NCBI GenBank assembly: GCA_050633305.1
Contig: JBOEGF010000023.1
Location: 223,809-287,808 of the forward strand
Direction of reading: 5' to 3'
DNA length: 64,000 nucleotides
Source: Nannocystales bacterium
GTDB taxonomy: Bacteria > Myxococcota_A > Polyangia > Nannocystales > Nannocystaceae
In this document: in pieces, positions 28,346-38,719 of the stretch
Layout of the letters: the number at the start of each line of letters is the position of its first letter
How positions within the stretch are numbered: position 1 is the first letter of the stretch
Program-made: the position numbers and the translations under genes
Notes under the pieces: model-generated
What the model saw: only the letters and a program-made list of their open reading frames with translations
Told to the model about the DNA's origin: nothing
Databases searched by the model: none

Positions 28346-29020
28346 ATGCCATCCCCCCACGCGTCTATCTGTTGTCTCGTCCTCCTGTCCGCCCTCATCA
28401 GCACCGGCTGCACCCCGTCCGAGTCGAGTCGCGGGAAGACCATGCCGCAGACGATGTTCCACCCCTCGTGCGAAGAGCCCCTCGCGAGCACCGCCGTCAC
28501 TTGCGAGAATCTCTGCGACAAGCTTTCGCTGTGCACGGCAGGCCTGTGCGCGGAGCAAACGGGTATCGCCGAGACCTGTGACAGCTCCGTTGCCGCGTCG
28601 ATCAAGGCTTCATGCCTGCTCACGTGCGACGAGAGCAGCCTTCAGCAACAGACCGACGAGGCGCAGTGCCTGTTCGAAAACACCTGCGCCGACGTGTTCT
28701 TGGAGCAGGTGTGCGGTCCCGAGAACACGATCAACTGCGCCGGTCTTCCGCCCCCGTCTTCGGGGACTTCCCAGGGGGAAACGGGTCAGTCCACCACCTG
28801 TCCCTTCGAAGACGACGGAAAGTGCGATGAGCCGCAGGGAACCGGTCTGTGTCCGCAGGACTCGGACCCCTCGGATTGCGATGAACTCGGCACGAGCAGC
28901 TCGACATCTGGCGGCTCGAGCTCATCCGGAGACTATGGAGGAAGCTCCTCGGGCTCAACAGGATGGTTCGGGTCCAGCGGCTCGAGCGGTTCCACGGGGG
29001 GGTCGAGCACCAGCTTCTGA
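28346..29020 (+). CDS. Cys-rich lipoprotein with Ser/Gly-rich tail
   Basis: ISTGC lipobox; CPFEDDGKCDEPQGTGLC..DSDPSDC module. Confidence 0.7.
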   Translation: MPSPHASICCLVLLSALISTGCTPSESSRGKTMPQTMFHPSCEEPLASTAVTCENLCDKLSLCTAGLCAEQTGIAETCDSSVAASIKASCLLTCDESSLQQQTDEAQCLFENTCADVFLEQVCGPENTINCAGLPPPSSGTSQGETGQSTTCPFEDDGKCDEPQGTGLCPQDSDPSDCDELGTSSSTSGGSSSSGDYGGSSSGSTGWFGSSGSSGSTGGSSTSF

Positions 29021-29059
29021 TCCCCAGCGCTCCGGGCAGCGTGCTACCGTCGTTTTTCG

Positions 29060-30205
29060 ATGACGGTGGTTTCGCTGCAGATTGGTTCTTCGATGGCGAC
29101 GCTCGACGCCAACACCCCCCGACACATCATCGGGCGCGACGAGCAGGGCTCCTCGATCTGTGCTCAGCACGCGACCGTTTCCCGACGGCACTGCGAGGTC
29201 TACCTGGAGAACGGGGTCGCCTTGATCCGTGACATGGGATCGAGCAACGGGACGTGGATCAACGGACATCCCGTTGGACAACAGCCGGTTCAGCTAGCGC
29301 CCGGCCAGCAAGTCTTCGTCGGACACATGCCGCTGGCCGTTGCCTGGACGGGTGGAGCCCAACAAGGCGCGACGGTCATGGGAGAGCTTCCCGCAGATCT
29401 CAAGGCCCTGATCGAAGCACGCAAACAACAGGCGGCCGTGTCGTACAGCACGCCTCCAGTGGTCGCCTCCGCTCAACCCGCGGGGACCGATACGGCGATG
29501 ACGTACCGCCGACAGGGGTCCAACGACAACGGCGTGTTCATGATCGCCCTCCCCGGCGACGATTTCAGCAACGACAGCACGATCAAAGGTTTCGCCGAGT
29601 TCACGGCCACCGACAACGAGACCATCGACGAGATCACCATCGAGCTTGTCGAAGTGCACCGCAAGGGGGCCAAGAAGGGTCATGTCTGGGACCGGGTCCT
29701 GGTGAAAAAGGGCCCGTGGAAGGCCAAGAAGAACGACCGCGTCCCCATGCCGTTCGAGCTGCGGATTCCCCAGTCCACGTCGATCTCGAGCAAGGACGTG
29801 CACTGGGAGATTCGAGGCTGCGTCGACATCGCATGGGCATACGACGTCGAGGTCGAAGTCCCGATCAACATGCACAACATCGACGTCGAGAAGATCCGCG
29901 ACGCGATGGGAGCCCTCGATCTCCGTGTCGACACGCTGGAGAGCAAGCCTCTGGGGCAGGAGTTCAAGGCCAGGTTCGAGCCCCCCGCGCAGTGGCGGAC
30001 GCAGTGGAACATCGACTGCGTCAACCTCCACATGCAGTACCTCGGCACCAACTTTCAGATCATGCTCGAGGTCGACAAGAAGGGCGCCTTCTCCAAGGAC
30101 CGCCGCACGCAGTACAACGTCGAACTCGCCACCCTGCGGCAGGCATCGCTGCAGCAGGTCGGCGAGCAACTGTTGTCGCTCATTCAGCGAATGCTGAGCC
30201 TGTAG
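29060..30205 (+). CDS. FHA domain fused to a Spo0M/arrestin-like domain
   Basis: IIGR...VSRRH...DMGSSNGTWING; VPMPFELRIP..T.IS...WEIRGCVDIAWA...GQEF. Confidence 0.8.
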   Translation: MTVVSLQIGSSMATLDANTPRHIIGRDEQGSSICAQHATVSRRHCEVYLENGVALIRDMGSSNGTWINGHPVGQQPVQLAPGQQVFVGHMPLAVAWTGGAQQGATVMGELPADLKALIEARKQQAAVSYSTPPVVASAQPAGTDTAMTYRRQGSNDNGVFMIALPGDDFSNDSTIKGFAEFTATDNETIDEITIELVEVHRKGAKKGHVWDRVLVKKGPWKAKKNDRVPMPFELRIPQSTSISSKDVHWEIRGCVDIAWAYDVEVEVPINMHNIDVEKIRDAMGALDLRVDTLESKPLGQEFKARFEPPAQWRTQWNIDCVNLHMQYLGTNFQIMLEVDKKGAFSKDRRTQYNVELATLRQASLQQVGEQLLSLIQRMLSL

Positions 30206-30217
30206 GCGAGCGGAGAG

Positions 30218-31114
30218 CTACTGGCAAAGACAGTCGGGAGCATCGACCAGCTCTCGACTCGTCTCGGTCCCCGAGTAGGACCACGAGTTGGTCGACATGT
30301 TGTCCATCGCGACCACCAGCTCCGCCATCGTGAACGCGCTGAAGTCGTCTTCGAAGACGAAGTCCGTGACCGGTTGATCGGTGGTCCCGCCCATGTCGAC
30401 AGGCTCCCCGTTGGGCAACCCACCGAGCGAACACAGGAGCCCCTCGCACAGGACCTCTCCGGTGGTCGTGTAGTCGGCGATCAACGGGGGTGCCCACGCC
30501 ACCGTGTCCGCGTTGAGCAACCCCTGGGTGATGCCACACTCTTCGGGGCCCGCTTGTCCCTGGATGTCGGTGGTCACGGTGACGGTGCCACCCACCACGA
30601 AGTTCAGCACCATCTCGTAGGTGTGCATCGTCGCGAGGCCGCCGGGAGCACCGTCAACGTCCTCGAAGCGCAGGACGAACGTGCCAGGCCCGATGTTTCC
30701 ACCCGCATCGTAGGGCTCCTGAAGGACGTTGACCTGGTCACCGGCACCACCCCCTGCCGTCCCGCTGATCTCGAACTCGCTGCCTGCAAGGTCGTAGGTG
30801 ATCTCCCAAACCTGGCACGCACCCGCGCTCGTCCCTCCGGTGGTTTCACTCCCGGTCTCGGACGGGTCGCCACTGCTGCTGCTGCTGCTGCTGTCGGCCG
30901 ACACCGGGCCCGGATCCGTCGTCGAGGTCGAAGCCGGCGTGGTCGGGTCGGTCGAGGAGCTCGACGTGTTTTGTGGGTCCGTGGTCCCGCCTGTACCCAT
31001 GCTGCTGGCCTCGGTGGCCCCCTCGGTGTCGCTCGCCTCGGAATCGTCCCCGCACCCGATCGTGCAGGCGGCAAGGGAGGCGGCGAGGGTCAAGCGCAGG
31101 GGCAAGTTTTGCAT
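30218..31114 (-). CDS. Hypothetical lipoprotein with Ser/Thr-rich linker
   Basis: TIGC lipobox, S/T stalk, beta-rich domain. Confidence 0.75.
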   Translation of the reverse strand: MQNLPLRLTLAASLAACTIGCGDDSEASDTEGATEASSMGTGGTTDPQNTSSSSTDPTTPASTSTTDPGPVSADSSSSSSSGDPSETGSETTGGTSAGACQVWEITYDLAGSEFEISGTAGGGAGDQVNVLQEPYDAGGNIGPGTFVLRFEDVDGAPGGLATMHTYEMVLNFVVGGTVTVTTDIQGQAGPEECGITQGLLNADTVAWAPPLIADYTTTGEVLCEGLLCSLGGLPNGEPVDMGGTTDQPVTDFVFEDDFSAFTMAELVVAMDNMSTNSWSYSGTETSRELVDAPDCLCQ

Positions 31115-31216
31115 CTGCCGACCATAGTCCACCGGCCCAAGCAGCCACAAGCGGGCCCTGACACACCGCCGTTGGACCTTGGTCGCATCCGGGCCCGAGT
31201 GGACGAACTCGATCCG

Positions 31217-31693
31217 CTAGCGCGACACGCTCTGTTTCGGACGTAGAAAGCCAACCTCTCCGCACCCGTTGATCTCCGACGCGTCGGATGCTGCGAGCAG
31301 ACAGGACACGACTCGTTCGCGATCTGGCGAGTCCCGCAGCTCGTCGACGCACGCGGGCACCAAGCGGCGAGCCAGCACGCTCATCTCACCGCGAACCTCG
31401 GCGAGGTCGGCATCCCGCTCCTCTCTCCAGCCGCTCACCAGGACGTCGATCGCCCTGTCGGCTTGTGCCGGCTCCAATCGCACGCGCAGCGCACTCTCGG
31501 CCTCGGCGAGATTGTGCTCGGCATCCCAACGCTCAGCCGCCACTGTCTCCCCAACCTCGGCGAGATGAGCCGCGACCGCGTCACAGTCGGCCCGGAGGTT
31601 GCGACCGGGTGGTCTGCACCCGCTCGCTTGAGCCGCCGCCCCGCTGGCCAGCAGCACGAACCCGGCGGAAAAGAAGAGCTCCGCTCGGGCCAT
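31217..31693 (-). CDS. Hypothetical exported protein
   Basis: Hydrophobic N-terminus, helical body with 5 Cys; directly downstream of the glutaredoxin gene. Confidence 0.55.
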   Translation of the reverse strand: MARAELFFSAGFVLLASGAAAQASGCRPPGRNLRADCDAVAAHLAEVGETVAAERWDAEHNLAEAESALRVRLEPAQADRAIDVLVSGWREERDADLAEVRGEMSVLARRLVPACVDELRDSPDRERVVSCLLAASDASEINGCGEVGFLRPKQSVSR

Positions 31694-31703
31694 GGATCCG
31701 GTC

Positions 31704-32036
31704 TCAAGCCTCGGCCGGCTTGGCCTTCGCGAAGAGCTCGGTCAGCTCTCCGGAGGCATCCATCTCGCGAACGATGTCGCATCCGCCGACGAACTCACCG
31801 TTGACGTAGAGCTGCGGAATGGTCGGCCACTCGCTGTACTCCTTGATGCCTTCGCGAACTTTCATGTCCGACATGACGTTGAACGCCTCGAACGTGACGC
31901 CGTGCTTCTTGAGCACCTCGACGACGGCGGCCGAGAACCCGCACTGAGGGAAAATCTTGTTCCCCTTCATGAACAGCATCACCGGGCTGTTGGTGACGAG
32001 ATGCTCGATGAACTTTTGGGTTTGATCCTCTGCCAT
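31704..32036 (-). CDS. grxD: Monothiol glutaredoxin (Grx4 family)
   Basis: LFMKG...PQCGFS, WPTIPQLYVNGEFVGGCDI. Confidence 0.96.
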   Translation of the reverse strand: MAEDQTQKFIEHLVTNSPVMLFMKGNKIFPQCGFSAAVVEVLKKHGVTFEAFNVMSDMKVREGIKEYSEWPTIPQLYVNGEFVGGCDIVREMDASGELTELFAKAKPAEA

Positions 32037-32177
32037 GGTCCGCCTCGTGCGTAAGGTGCGCCGTTGCAGACACACACCCCTACACGATAGGCAGAGCGCT
32101 GGCGTTTGGAAACAGCCCGTTTGTCCGGGTCGGGGAAATGCCCGCTCCCGCTCGTACGTCCAAGCTCCAGGAGCCCC

Positions 32178-32927
32178 ATGGCACTCACTCGACGAGCATT
32201 CTCCATCGGCGCCGTCTCCCTCGCCACCACCGCCGTGAGCCGTGAAGCGCGGGCCGAAGAAGAGACCCCGGCGGGTCCCAAGGTCCTTCTCGCGGGAGAT
32301 TCGATGATCGCCGGGGGCTTCGGCATGTTCCTGGAGCGGGCGCTCCGCAAGACCCACGGCCACGATGTGGTGCGGCGCGGACGGAGCAGCTCAGGCATGG
32401 CACGGCCCGATTTCTTCAACTGGACCAAGGAGTCAACGCGCCTGGTGGAGGAGCGAAAGCCCGATGCCACCCTCTTGATGTTCGGTGGCAACGACGTCCA
32501 GGGGCTCTACATGGGCAAGGGAGAGTGGATTCGTTGGGGCGAAGAAGGCTGGAGCGAGGAGTACGCACGCCGGGTCAACGCGCTCGCGGACACATTCGCC
32601 CCCGACGGCCAGCAACTGTTCTGGGTGGGGCTTCCGATCATGCGCCCACAGAAGTTCCGCAACCGTTGCAAGGTTGTAAACACGATCTTTCGAGCCGAGA
32701 TGGCGCTACGCCGCAACGCGCTGTTCATCGAGACGTGGGACTTGCTCACCGACGACGAAGGCGCGTACCTGGACAAGATGATGGTTCAGGTCTCGGAGGA
32801 CACGAAACCGAAGATGATGCGGGTCCGCGCCCACGACGGCATCCATCTGTCGGCCGATGGCGCGGGCGTGGTCAAGCGTCACGTGCTCAAGACGATCCTT
32901 CCCATCCTCGACGGCATCAAGTCCTGA
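32178..32927 (+). CDS. SGNH/GDSL hydrolase (DUF459-like) with Tat-like signal
   Basis: TRRAF, AGDSM, SSGMARPDFFNW, FGGND, DGIH. Confidence 0.88.
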   Translation: MALTRRAFSIGAVSLATTAVSREARAEEETPAGPKVLLAGDSMIAGGFGMFLERALRKTHGHDVVRRGRSSSGMARPDFFNWTKESTRLVEERKPDATLLMFGGNDVQGLYMGKGEWIRWGEEGWSEEYARRVNALADTFAPDGQQLFWVGLPIMRPQKFRNRCKVVNTIFRAEMALRRNALFIETWDLLTDDEGAYLDKMMVQVSEDTKPKMMRVRAHDGIHLSADGAGVVKRHVLKTILPILDGIKS

Positions 32928-32948
32928 GTCTGGGCACCGCCAACGCCA

Positions 32949-34448
32949 TCAGAGCTCGACCACCCGCTCACGCATGAACGAATAGGCATCGTCTTCGCTC
33001 TCGATGCTCCAGACCTCGATCGGTGAGCGTGTTTCCTCCGTCTGCGGGTCGTAGTCCAACGCTCCGGAGGCTCCACGAAGGTCGACCGAGCGGCCCGCCT
33101 GGAACGAGGCTTGAATCGTCGACCACGAGGACGCGAGGACGTCGACCGGCGCCCCGGAGCTCAGCTGTCTCAAGCCCCTCGCGATCCCGAGCCCATCGAC
33201 CGTGTCCTCGTTGTACGAGGCCCATGCGAGGCCGTAGAGCACCATCCATGCGGCATCGTAGCTGTGAGGCGTGAACGCCGAACCGGTCGAGTCCTCGTTG
33301 AACTCCGAGCGATACGACGCTGAAAACGTGTTGAACACGACACCGTCCGCGGGCGCAGGCCGTGAACCCCGAACCTTGCCAAACAAGGCCTGCGCCTGGG
33401 TCGTGGTCTCGGTGAGCAGCTGCCCGGAGAAGGCTGCATCCGGCAGGAAGATGCCGTCGGACTCAGAACCCAACGTCTCCCCATACGCTCGGCGCAAGCT
33501 CCCTGTCGCGCTCGCAGAGTCGAAGAAGGTGATGTAATCGGAGATCTCGGACGAGATCATCAACACCTCGTCGAAGTCGCCCTCCTCGATTCCTTCGGCG
33601 ATGAGCGCCACCTCCAACGAGAAGTCCTCCCCCGACCCGAACGCGAGCAGAGAGACGCTGCCGCCCTCAGCGGACAAGGTCGAGGAGAACAGCGAAGAGA
33701 GCCCCTCCCCGTACGCACCGGCTTGATACAGCACGGCGACGGTCTGTACGCCCCGCTCGAGCATGTCCTGCGCGATGACAGCGCCTTGCAACGTGTCGGG
33801 TGGAGCCGTCCGCCACAGCAGTCCCGGTGTTTCGTCCGATGGCGTGACAGCCTCTGCGCTGGTCAGCAGAGGTGACGTCGCGGAAGGCGAGATGATGACC
33901 GTCGGCATCTCTCCCATGGACGCGTACGCAGCAAGCGTGCGGGATGAGCCCCGCGGTCCAACGATGGCCTGCGCCCCGAGCACGTCACTCAAGTACGGCG
34001 TGAGTTCCTCGACCGCCTCAATGTCGTCGAGCGAGTCGCCTGCACCGGGCGTGTAGTCGCAGTGGATCATCACGAACTCACGCCCCTCGAGGCCGCCTTG
34101 GGCATTCGCCTGTCGGACCGCGAGTTCGGCGGCTTGGAGGGTGTCCGAATGGTCTTCGAATGAGAACAAGCTGCCGATCAGAATCGACTCGCGGTACGCC
34201 TCGGGGTCGCTCAGCGCATCGCTCGGGAATGATCGCCCGCAGCGATCCGGGAACAGCGGTTCCATGCAGAGCCCATCCGCCCCGCAACTCGCGCCAAACG
34301 TGAACGACTCCCGGCACTCCGCATCGGTCCGACACGGCACCGGTTCGTCGAGCGTGAGACTGCACCCCAGGCCGACCACCGTGATGAAAACGAGAGCCGC
34401 GCCCCCGGAAAAGGAACTGCTACGCTGCGCTCGTCGTGCTGAGTTCAT
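32949..34448 (-). CDS. Branched-chain amino acid-type periplasmic binding lipoprotein
   Basis: LAVRQANAQGG, IVGP, ISPSATSP, WRTAPPDTLQG, YDAA, GASGALDYD. Start uncertain. Confidence 0.88.
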   Translation of the reverse strand: MNSARRAQRSSSFSGGAALVFITVVGLGCSLTLDEPVPCRTDAECRESFTFGASCGADGLCMEPLFPDRCGRSFPSDALSDPEAYRESILIGSLFSFEDHSDTLQAAELAVRQANAQGGLEGREFVMIHCDYTPGAGDSLDDIEAVEELTPYLSDVLGAQAIVGPRGSSRTLAAYASMGEMPTVIISPSATSPLLTSAEAVTPSDETPGLLWRTAPPDTLQGAVIAQDMLERGVQTVAVLYQAGAYGEGLSSLFSSTLSAEGGSVSLLAFGSGEDFSLEVALIAEGIEEGDFDEVLMISSEISDYITFFDSASATGSLRRAYGETLGSESDGIFLPDAAFSGQLLTETTTQAQALFGKVRGSRPAPADGVVFNTFSASYRSEFNEDSTGSAFTPHSYDAAWMVLYGLAWASYNEDTVDGLGIARGLRQLSSGAPVDVLASSWSTIQASFQAGRSVDLRGASGALDYDPQTEETRSPIEVWSIESEDDAYSFMRERVVEL

Positions 34449-35272
34449 CGTCGCTGGCCTTTGTGTGCGTGCTCGGATGGAGTCCGCCCAGCCCAGCACC
34501 GAAGCCTACGGGAAGCCCCGCGCGGCCAGAGTTGTCGGACGACGAACGAGCCAAGGTCCTGCAACTGTACGAGGACGGGAAGGTTCTGTTCAACGCTGGC
34601 CAGTACACAGCCGCGATTGAGGCGTTCGAGTCCGCTTACGCCCTGTCTCGAGACGACACCTTTCTGTTCAACATCGCCCTCGCCCAGGATCGGCTGGGAG
34701 ATCTGGCACTGGCCCTGGACACGATGCAGCGATACCGCGCAAGCCTTCCCGCAGAAGGCCAAGGCCCGATCGACCAACGGATCCGTGGCTTGAAGATTCG
34801 AATCGCAGCGCAGGCGAGTGCCGCTGAGCCCACACCCGACCCCGACCTCGACCCCGACCAACCCGACGACCCCATCGTCGAGCCGCAAGGTCCCCCCTGC
34901 CCGGATCCCGTGCTGCCTCCGGCACCGTCCCCCCCGGACGCACCGCGGCTGTTCACGCCCGCAGCGATCGGTCTCGCGGCCTCGGCGGGTGCCGTCCTCG
35001 TCGCAAGCGGCGTGTTGGGCGGCCTGTCTTTGGGGGCTCGCCGTCGCGCCGACGACTCGTGTGTTGGTGGTGGGGACACCTTCCGGTGCTCGACCTCGGC
35101 CTCCGACGACCTTCGGGTCGCCCGCCGCACCGCCGTTGCGGCAGATGTCACGCTCGCGATCGGCACGGGCTTGGCGATCGGAACGGCCGTGTTGCTGATC
35201 AACAACGGCAGCAAGCGCCGTCGCAGCCCCCAACTCCGCGCCAGCACGGGCGGGGTTGCGCTGTCGTTCTGA
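34436..35272 (+). CDS. TPR protein with C-terminal membrane segments
   Basis: YEDGKVLFNAGQYTAAIEAFESAY...LFNIALAQDRLG; Pro-rich linker. Start uncertain. Confidence 0.8.
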   Translation: MLSSSSLAFVCVLGWSPPSPAPKPTGSPARPELSDDERAKVLQLYEDGKVLFNAGQYTAAIEAFESAYALSRDDTFLFNIALAQDRLGDLALALDTMQRYRASLPAEGQGPIDQRIRGLKIRIAAQASAAEPTPDPDLDPDQPDDPIVEPQGPPCPDPVLPPAPSPPDAPRLFTPAAIGLAASAGAVLVASGVLGGLSLGARRRADDSCVGGGDTFRCSTSASDDLRVARRTAVAADVTLAIGTGLAIGTAVLLINNGSKRRRSPQLRASTGGVALSF

Positions 35273-35276
35273 CCGC

Positions 35277-36752
35277 TCAGATCTTGGGCGGACGAAGCTC
35301 ATCATCGAGTCGCACTCCACTGTCGACCTTGGGAGGCGGCGGCTCGGGAGGTTTTACCTCCGGTTTGGGACGACGAGGCTTACCGGTTTTCCTGCGCTCC
35401 CGTGGCGCAACAACCGACGATTCGGGCGCATCGACAGGAGCCTCCACAGGCCTTGGAGGCGCGAGTTCTGGTTCCGCCCCCGCGGTGAGCTGCGAACCCC
35501 CAGCGTGGCCTCTGCTGTTCGCGTCCACTGGAGGAAGCGGGGGCGCGGGGGCGACAGAGGGAAGAGGAACCCTACCGACGACCGAGGACTCGGGTCCCCG
35601 CAGCAAGAGGACGCCGAACACACCCGCGGCAGCAACGGCGGGGATCACCCAGCCCCACGAGCCGCTCCGGGGCTTCTCGGCAGGGGCCGTGACCTCGACG
35701 ATAGACACCTCGGCCCGTGTCACATCCGTCGAACCGAGGTTGGAGTGGGCTCCAAACGATTGTCGTTCGCCTTGAGAGCGAAGACTTGAGAGCGATTCAC
35801 TCAGCTCGCCATCGACATCCAGAGCCGAGAAAACGCCAATGAAGGCCTGGAGTTCGCTGCGGTCGGCGAGCCCGACCCCCGACCGGTCGGCGGCTTCCCG
35901 AATCGCAGCGGCCATCTCCAACGCGCTCTGGTAGCGGTCCTCGCCGTCACGCGAGAGCGCAGTCCGGAGGATGACCTCGAGCTCGGTCGGGTATCCGGGG
36001 AGCAACTCGGTCGGGGGCGTGAACTGGCCTTCGAGAATCGAGTGCAGCACCGCCATCTCGTTGTTGCCGTTGAAGGCCCGGCGCGAGGTCGAGAGTTCGT
36101 ACAACACCGCCCCGACAGCGTAGATGTCCGTCCGCGAGTCGACGCGCTGGCCCTGGCACTGTTCGGGGGCCATGTAGCAGCCCTTGCCCTTCGTGCCCAC
36201 GCGGCTGCTGGTCGGTGTGTTGAGGCGCATCTTCGCGATGCCAAAGTCCAGCAACTTCACTCGACCGTCGAGTGTCAGCATGATGTTGGACGGGGACACA
36301 TCGCGGTGGACGACGCCGAGTTCGGTCCCGTCGGCGCCGACGAGTTCGTGCGCATACTGCAGACCGTCGAGGACATCGAGGATCATCCGCAGGCATACGC
36401 GCAGCGGGATGCGACGACCCGTTGCCTGCGACACCCGCACCAGGTCGCGGAGGTCACACCCGTCGAGGAGCTCCATCGCGATGTACGAGTTCCAGACATC
36501 GATGCGAACCCGGTCGACGTGGACGATCGAGGGATGGTCCAGCAACGGCAACAAGGCAGCTTCCCGCTCGAATAGGCGGAGCATCTCGTCTCGCCCAACG
36601 CAGTCATCGCGGATCGCCTTGACCACCACCGGCTGCCCACCGCCGGGCGGAGTGGCAACGAAGAGATCAGCCATGCCGCCGCGCGCAAGACGGCGTTCAA
36701 GCCGAAACCCGTCGACGGTGTCACCCGCCTCCCATGGTTTCCGTGGACCCAA
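35277..36752 (-). CDS. Ser/Thr protein kinase
   Basis: ARGGMA, VVVK, HRDVSPSN, DFG, GKGCYMAPE; TM helix and Pro-rich tail. Confidence 0.93.
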   Translation of the reverse strand: MGPRKPWEAGDTVDGFRLERRLARGGMADLFVATPPGGGQPVVVKAIRDDCVGRDEMLRLFEREAALLPLLDHPSIVHVDRVRIDVWNSYIAMELLDGCDLRDLVRVSQATGRRIPLRVCLRMILDVLDGLQYAHELVGADGTELGVVHRDVSPSNIMLTLDGRVKLLDFGIAKMRLNTPTSSRVGTKGKGCYMAPEQCQGQRVDSRTDIYAVGAVLYELSTSRRAFNGNNEMAVLHSILEGQFTPPTELLPGYPTELEVILRTALSRDGEDRYQSALEMAAAIREAADRSGVGLADRSELQAFIGVFSALDVDGELSESLSSLRSQGERQSFGAHSNLGSTDVTRAEVSIVEVTAPAEKPRSGSWGWVIPAVAAAGVFGVLLLRGPESSVVGRVPLPSVAPAPPLPPVDANSRGHAGGSQLTAGAEPELAPPRPVEAPVDAPESSVVAPRERRKTGKPRRPKPEVKPPEPPPPKVDSGVRLDDELRPPKI

Positions 36753-37033
36753 CGCCGGGCCACCGTAACGCGGCTGCCGAGCGACAGAGAAGGCTGCAGC
36801 CCGTGGAACTTTGCCCCGAGGAAAGGAGCGAAACCGTCTCGATTCTATCCGTCTCGGGCTCGTCCCTGCCGATCGTGGATTCTCCGATACGCTCGCGCAG
36901 GTTCCCTCGCTCGAAGCGCGCGATCGCATGCCGAAGGCGCGACCTTCACAACCCACACCGGGGATCCAACGCGACGCGCGCTTCCGCGACCCGGCGTCCG
37001 ACTTCAGCGCGGTGCGCCTGCTACGCTCCGAAC

Positions 37034-37432
37034 GTGAGCGGCAGCCGCAGTCTCAACAAGAACCCGCTGCACCTTGGCCTTGGTGCGACCGCGGTCGCGC
37101 AACCCGACTTCGGCGGAGACCTACAGTGGTACGAGGGGTATGGGCAGCGACACGGCAGCGATGGTGCCGAGGGAAGACTCGTCTCGATGCACACCTTCAC
37201 CGCCCCTTGGGACATGTGGGAAATGCACCCCAAGGGCTCAGAGGTGGTGCTCTGCACGGCTGGCGAAATGACAGTGGTCCAGGAACTCGAAGGCCGCGAA
37301 CAACGGACAACGCTTCGAGCAGGCGAGTACGTCGTCAACGCTCCGGGGGTCTGGCACACAGCCGACGTGAACGCCGAGGCGACTGCGGTGTTCATCACCT
37401 CCGGCATCGGCACCCAACACCGCCCACGCTGA
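37034..37432 (+). CDS. Cupin domain protein
   Basis: WEMHPKGSEVV...LRAGEYVVNAPGVWH. Confidence 0.88.
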   Translation: MSGSRSLNKNPLHLGLGATAVAQPDFGGDLQWYEGYGQRHGSDGAEGRLVSMHTFTAPWDMWEMHPKGSEVVLCTAGEMTVVQELEGREQRTTLRAGEYVVNAPGVWHTADVNAEATAVFITSGIGTQHRPR

Positions 37433-37486
37433 GACCCGCGCCGGATCGGACTCCACTTGCACGCAAGGCCGGTGCGCGCGAGGGTG

Positions 37487-38653
37487 ATGCGCATGCGGAA
37501 GACGATGCTGATCGCGCTGGGTGTTCTGGCGCCGCAGATTGCATCCGCATCCAACGGCGCCGGCCAACGCACGCCCCCGATCTACCCACTCGCAGCATGC
37601 ATTACCGAGGTCGACCGGAGCACCGACCCGGTCTTTCACCTCGACATCGGCTTGCCGCGCGAGGACTTCATGGTGACCGACGACGAGCCAGAGGACTCGC
37701 GACGGTTGCAGTTCTTCCTCGTGTGCGAGGACATCCACCCCGAGCTTCAGGACCTGCCGAACTGGGTCACGGTGGCCGAAGCTGAAGACGCGGTCGCACG
37801 CGGCAGCCTCGACGGGATGCCGCCCGACGAAGACATCCTCGAACGGAGGGACGACCTTCAAGACTGCGTGTTCCCGATGAACACGTCCGACGAGCGCATC
37901 CCGATCACCTGCGATGCAACGCAGGCGGGACTCGACTTCGACACGAGCGCCATCCCGTTGGGCAACTACGTAGTTCGCGGATACACCTACGAGCCGCCGC
38001 TCAACCTCTGGAGCGAGCGGCGTGGCGTGGTTCGGATCTCCGACGGCCCGGACACGGGCCCCGCCACCATCGGTCTGCGCACGCCATCCCTGGACGGCAT
38101 GCAGCTTCGGCCAGACTCCCCGTTCCCCATTCGCGGCTGCGTTTCGGGCACCACCGATGCCGCACTGCAATGGGCATCGCTCATCGACCTGGGGGGAGCG
38201 AACGACGACGCCGCGTGGCAGACGCTCGCCACCGTCACCGGGGAAGGCTCGTTCGAGGTCGAGTTTAACCCGCCGTCCCAGGCCCTCGGTCAGCCATTGT
38301 TGATTCGCGGGGTCACCGGTCCGCAGGCCAGCGCTTCGTGGATCGACCACGCGGAGGGGACGTTCCTCGTGTTTGGGGACGGGGGTCTCAGCGATGAGCC
38401 CTTCGGCGAGCCGGTCGAGATCTGTGGGTTCTTCGACCCCAGTGTTTTTCCAGAGATGCCGCCCTCGAGCGGCGACGACACCGGGGGGGAACTCACGGAT
38501 ACCGACGGCGAGACGGAGGCCGGCTCGGCGGACGCAGACCGTGCGGGCTGCGCATGCAGCTCGGTGGGGCAAGGAGGCCGCGGTGGGGGCCCAGCCACGT
38601 GGCTGCTCCTCGCCGCCCTCGGTGTCCTGAGACCTCCGCGGAGGCGCTCTTGA
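37487..38653 (+). CDS. Secreted protein with MYXO-CTERM sorting signal
   Basis: Signal peptide; C-terminal GCAC...WLLLAALGVLRPPRRRS. Confidence 0.8.
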   Translation: MRMRKTMLIALGVLAPQIASASNGAGQRTPPIYPLAACITEVDRSTDPVFHLDIGLPREDFMVTDDEPEDSRRLQFFLVCEDIHPELQDLPNWVTVAEAEDAVARGSLDGMPPDEDILERRDDLQDCVFPMNTSDERIPITCDATQAGLDFDTSAIPLGNYVVRGYTYEPPLNLWSERRGVVRISDGPDTGPATIGLRTPSLDGMQLRPDSPFPIRGCVSGTTDAALQWASLIDLGGANDDAAWQTLATVTGEGSFEVEFNPPSQALGQPLLIRGVTGPQASASWIDHAEGTFLVFGDGGLSDEPFGEPVEICGFFDPSVFPEMPPSSGDDTGGELTDTDGETEAGSADADRAGCACSSVGQGGRGGGPATWLLLAALGVLRPPRRRS

Positions 38654-38719
38654 CCGGCCGCACTGAGCGGTCGGTTCCGGTGGCCTCGGGGCGCTAAATC
38701 GTGCAAGAGTTGCGGCCGT

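Noticed and set aside
28930..28945. Other YG dipeptides (DYGG here, GYGL near 41485) as splicease sites
   Set aside because: Those proteins lack the CxxC/CPFC leader, and YG occurs often by chance.
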